The translations under genes were made by a program, and so were the position numbers. Positions 61,407 through 64,000 of a stretch of 64,000 nt of DNA are shown here, one piece after another. The first letter of the stretch is position 1, and each line of letters starts with the position of its first letter. The notes beneath the pieces were generated by a model, which searched no databases, was not told the origin of the DNA, and saw nothing but the letters and a program-made list of their open reading frames with translations. Source of the stretch: an uncultured Nitrososphaerota archaeon (GTDB taxonomy: Archaea; Thermoproteota; Nitrososphaeria; Nitrososphaerales; Gagatemarchaeaceae); the NCBI GenBank assembly GCA_963703285.1, contig OY969807.1, positions 480,001-544,000 on the forward strand. The letters are read 5' to 3'.

Positions 61407-62354
61407 TCAGTAGAAGGTGACTATCCAGCCCTGCTGGCCGTCGTATGTCCCGTAGACTCCGCCCCAACCCATCATCATGGGAACCGGAACAGAGCTCTGC
61501 GGGCAGGGGAAGAAGTAGGTGCTCATTGCGCTGCCGCCGGGAGCGACCCAGGTGTAGCCGTCTGCAGTGAAGCTGGTGCCCGGGGGCATGTAGACGCCTC
61601 CCGTGGTGCTGGGAGTCGGCGGCATGCAGGTCCCCTGTTGCTGGACGGCATTCCCCGAGTAGGTCCCCGTCCCGGTGACGGCGACGGTCGCGCAGTTCAC
61701 GTCGGTTATGGTACCCGAATTCTCGATCCCAGTGCCGCCGTTGTTCTCCACCGTTATCGTGCCCGAGTTGGTAATCGTACCGACTGGGCCGCTCGAGGTC
61801 ATGATGCCAGTGTTCCCGGCTCCTATGCTCTCCACCGTTATTGTCCCTGTGTTGGTGATGCTACCATAGGCGAAGATGCCGATGCTGCTGGCTCCGAAGT
61901 TCTCCACGGTGACTGCGCCCCCATTGGTGAAAATGCCGCCGTTCCCGTTGAAGATGCCGTCGGTGACTATGCCCGAGTTCTCCACGGTGACTGTGCCCGA
62001 GTTGGTCAAGACCCCGCCGTTGTCGATAGTGAGCCCGAAAGTCTCGAAGGCGTCGTTCGATATCGTGACGGCTCCTCCGCTGTCAACGGTGAGGGTGACT
62101 CCGTCGGCTATAATGAGAGTGCCACTGGATGCTATGCTGAGCGTCTCACCGCTCGAAACCACGACAGAGACGGACATAGTAACGCCCCCGGACACGGTGC
62201 ATGTGCTGCCCGAGTACGACAGCCCGGTACCGGTGCACCAAGAACTGAGGTCGGTGGCAGCCTGAGCCGCAGGAACCGAACACAGCGAAGTGACCGCAGC
62301 GATGCTCAGAATCAGCAGACTCAAGACGGCGAAATGGCGCTTTTGACCGCTCAA
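61407..62354 (-). CDS. Secreted beta-helix-like repeat protein with shared C-terminal module
   Basis: Signal peptide; TN.GT.TVEN repeats; C-terminal GWGGVYGTYDGQQGWIVTFY. Confidence 0.85.
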   Translation of the reverse strand: MSGQKRHFAVLSLLILSIAAVTSLCSVPAAQAATDLSSWCTGTGLSYSGSTCTVSGGVTMSVSVVVSSGETLSIASSGTLIIADGVTLTVDSGGAVTISNDAFETFGLTIDNGGVLTNSGTVTVENSGIVTDGIFNGNGGIFTNGGAVTVENFGASSIGIFAYGSITNTGTITVESIGAGNTGIMTSSGPVGTITNSGTITVENNGGTGIENSGTITDVNCATVAVTGTGTYSGNAVQQQGTCMPPTPSTTGGVYMPPGTSFTADGYTWVAPGGSAMSTYFFPCPQSSVPVPMMMGWGGVYGTYDGQQGWIVTFY

Positions 62355-62407
62355 CGTCCAATCTCCCGCTGTGCGTGACAATGTGCCCACTATAACTGCA
62401 GAGCATG

Positions 62408-62425
62408 ATTCTCAAAATTGAGAAA
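62408..62425. promoter_or_regulatory. Palindrome ATTCTCAAAATTGAGAAA, putative activator site
   Basis: On the minus strand, 12 nt upstream of TTATAGTG box at 62395. Confidence 0.72.
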
Positions 62426-62492
62426 CGCATATCGACGTATATTGAGGTATATCAACAAACAAGTGATATGGAAGAGAGGCCGTTCCGAACCT

Positions 62493-62531
62493 TTGAAGGA
62501 GATCTGCGACCTCCTCCCGCTGCCTACCTAG
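62493..62531 (+). repeat. Duplicated 3' end of SRPBCC gene 3 (LKEICDLLPLPT*)
   Basis: Imperfect direct repeat of 61338-61376. Confidence 0.7.
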
Positions 62532-62621
62532 TCCCCGTGGCGCGATGAGGACCTGGCTGGATCGGCTTTGGGGTGATGGGTTCGAGGGAGGCGCGTTTAC
62601 ATATCACAAATACACCTGTGT

Positions 62622-62903
62622 ATGGCAGTGAGGAACCTGGCCATAAGGGATGAGGTATACCGGAAGCTGCTGGACGCGAAGGCGGACAAGGAAAGCTTCA
62701 GCGACGTGATAGATCGCCTCCTTTCGAGCAGACCGAAGCTCTCTTCGTTCTCGGGAACATTTGCCGGTGACAAGGAATTCGCCTTGGTCGAGGAGGACAG
62801 ACGACGGGTGAGGTCGATGACGGTCTCAGGGCGACGTACTCTCGATGGCTCTGGATACCTGCGCCCTAATCGCGCCCCTGAAAGGAAACCAAGCCTGCAC
62901 TAG
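62622..62903 (+). CDS. VapB-family antitoxin (DUF217-like)
   Basis: NLAIRDEVYRKL...KESFSDVIDRLL. Confidence 0.8.
   Translation: MAVRNLAIRDEVYRKLLDAKADKESFSDVIDRLLSSRPKLSSFSGTFAGDKEFALVEEDRRRVRSMTVSGRRTLDGSGYLRPNRAPERKPSLH
62845..62900 (+). pseudogene. Truncated VapC remnant (MALDTCALIAPLKGN)
   Basis: PIN-like N-terminus directly after VapB, then runs into the convergent gene. Confidence 0.6.
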
Positions 62904-62919
62904 GTGCGGCTCTGCTCTA

Positions 62920-64000
62920 CTAGCAGTAGAAGGTGACTATCCAGCCCTGCTGGCCGTTGTACGTACCGTAGACTCCTCCCCACCCCTGCAACATCGGAGC
63001 CGGGATGTTCAACTCTGGCCCTTGGAAGAAGTAGCTGCTGAACACTCCGCCGTTGGCGGTGCCGCCCGGAGCGGTCCAGGTGTTGCCGTAGCCATCGGTG
63101 AAGGTGGCGCCGACGGGCATGTAGACCCCACCTAGGGTGCTTGGGCAGACCGGGGGAGCGTTCGGGTTGGTAGACGAGGCCGTCGTGGACGTCGTCGAAG
63201 ATGAGGTAGTGCTGGAAGACGAGCTGCTGCTCGAGCTCGAAGATGATGTGGTCGAGGACCCGCCGATCTGCGAGTAGTAGTCATCGCTGTACTGGCCGCC
63301 TATGCAGTACACGTAGCCGCCCGACAGGGCGCACTGGGCATATGCCACAGCCTTGGGATACGCTGCGGTGGAAATCCAAGTACCGGGATTGCCGCTCGTG
63401 AGCGCGGCGTAGTATACCGTCTGCCCCACACCCCCGTTGTAGCCGCCCATGCAGTAGAGGTAACCGGAGCTCGTGACGCACGGATAGTTCTGTACGTCGG
63501 ACGGGTACAGCGAGGTCGAGTTGGTCCAGGTCGCTCCCACCGCGCCGTTGCTTATCGTATCGTAGGCGACCTGGTCGGTCGCGTAGCCGTGGTACGGGTT
63601 GTAGTTCCCTCCCACGCAGGTGATGTAGCCGCCTGCGGCGACGCACGCCTCGCCGCTGTCCCCTTCTGTTATCGCATAGTTAGTGGTGGGGGTCCAGGAG
63701 CCCACAGCCCCGTCCGTTATCTGGGCGTAGTTGACCGCGTCAGTCGCTCCTCCCGCTTCGTCAGGCGTCAGCAGCCCGCCCACACAGGTGATGTAGTTGT
63801 TCGAGGCGCCGGAGAGGACGCAGGAGCTGGCTTCCATGGCGTCCGGGTAATGGGTCGTAGCGGTCCAGACGCCGACAGTGCCGCCGGAGACCGATGCGTA
63901 GTAGACTGCGTTGCTCTCCTCGATGCTCGGGGTGGCTTCGATTATGCCCGCGACGCACGTCATGTAGCCCCCGGAGATGACGCATGAGGGGAAGTAGCTG
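62920..64000 (-). CDS. Kelch-like repeat protein with shared C-terminal module (5' end outside window)
   Basis: C...GGY.YC.GG...VYYA...W..T..YP repeats; Ser linker; C-terminal GWGGVYGTYNGQQGWIVTFYC. Confidence 0.85.
   Translation of the reverse strand, partial: SYFPSCVISGGYMTCVAGIIEATPSIEESNAVYYASVSGGTVGVWTATTHYPDAMEASSCVLSGASNNYITCVGGLLTPDEAGGATDAVNYAQITDGAVGSWTPTTNYAITEGDSGEACVAAGGYITCVGGNYNPYHGYATDQVAYDTISNGAVGATWTNSTSLYPSDVQNYPCVTSSGYLYCMGGYNGGVGQTVYYAALTSGNPGTWISTAAYPKAVAYAQCALSGGYVYCIGGQYSDDYYSQIGGSSTTSSSSSSSSSSSSTTSSSTTSTTASSTNPNAPPVCPSTLGGVYMPVGATFTDGYGNTWTAPGGTANGGVFSSYFFQGPELNIPAPMLQGWGGVYGTYNGQQGWIVTFYC

Noticed and set aside
53200-64000. Provirus, IS element or integron as the explanation for the variable zone
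   Set aside because: No integrase, transposase, capsid gene, tRNA att site or attC-like hairpin was recognised in the window.

Overview
High-GC archaeal chromosomal segment. S25e, Rpo6/K, Alba, EndA, TrmI, type II GAPDH and TATA boxes ~40 nt upstream of TTG/GTG starts indicate TACK archaea; a non-ammonia-oxidising Nitrososphaerota lineage is my inference. About 1-39 kb is mostly housekeeping and metabolism: DNA ligase, lysA/lysC/hom/glyA, tdh-kbl, sugar-nucleotide enzymes, heme o synthase, a divergent chaperonin and TatA. About 39.4-48.2 kb holds three tandem Tat-exported FAD oxidoreductases and a membrane-anchored DOMON-like protein. Two of the flavoprotein promoters and the DOMON gene promoter carry a TTCTCA-N4-TGAGAA palindrome 12 nt upstream of the TATA box, and a fourth copy lies at 62.4 kb. 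About 53-64 kb is a plasticity zone with intact and decapitated toxin-antitoxin modules, three SRPBCC paralogs, short repeated junction sequences, and three unrelated probably secreted proteins (NHL, beta-helix-like, Kelch-like). These three share an unrecognised ~70-aa C-terminal module ending GWGGVYGTYxGQQGWIVTFY, which is the strongest candidate for an undescribed surface-sorting or anchoring system. Several single-base frameshifts (lig, pgk and others) look like sequencing errors. No rRNA, tRNA, CRISPR array or transposase was recognised.
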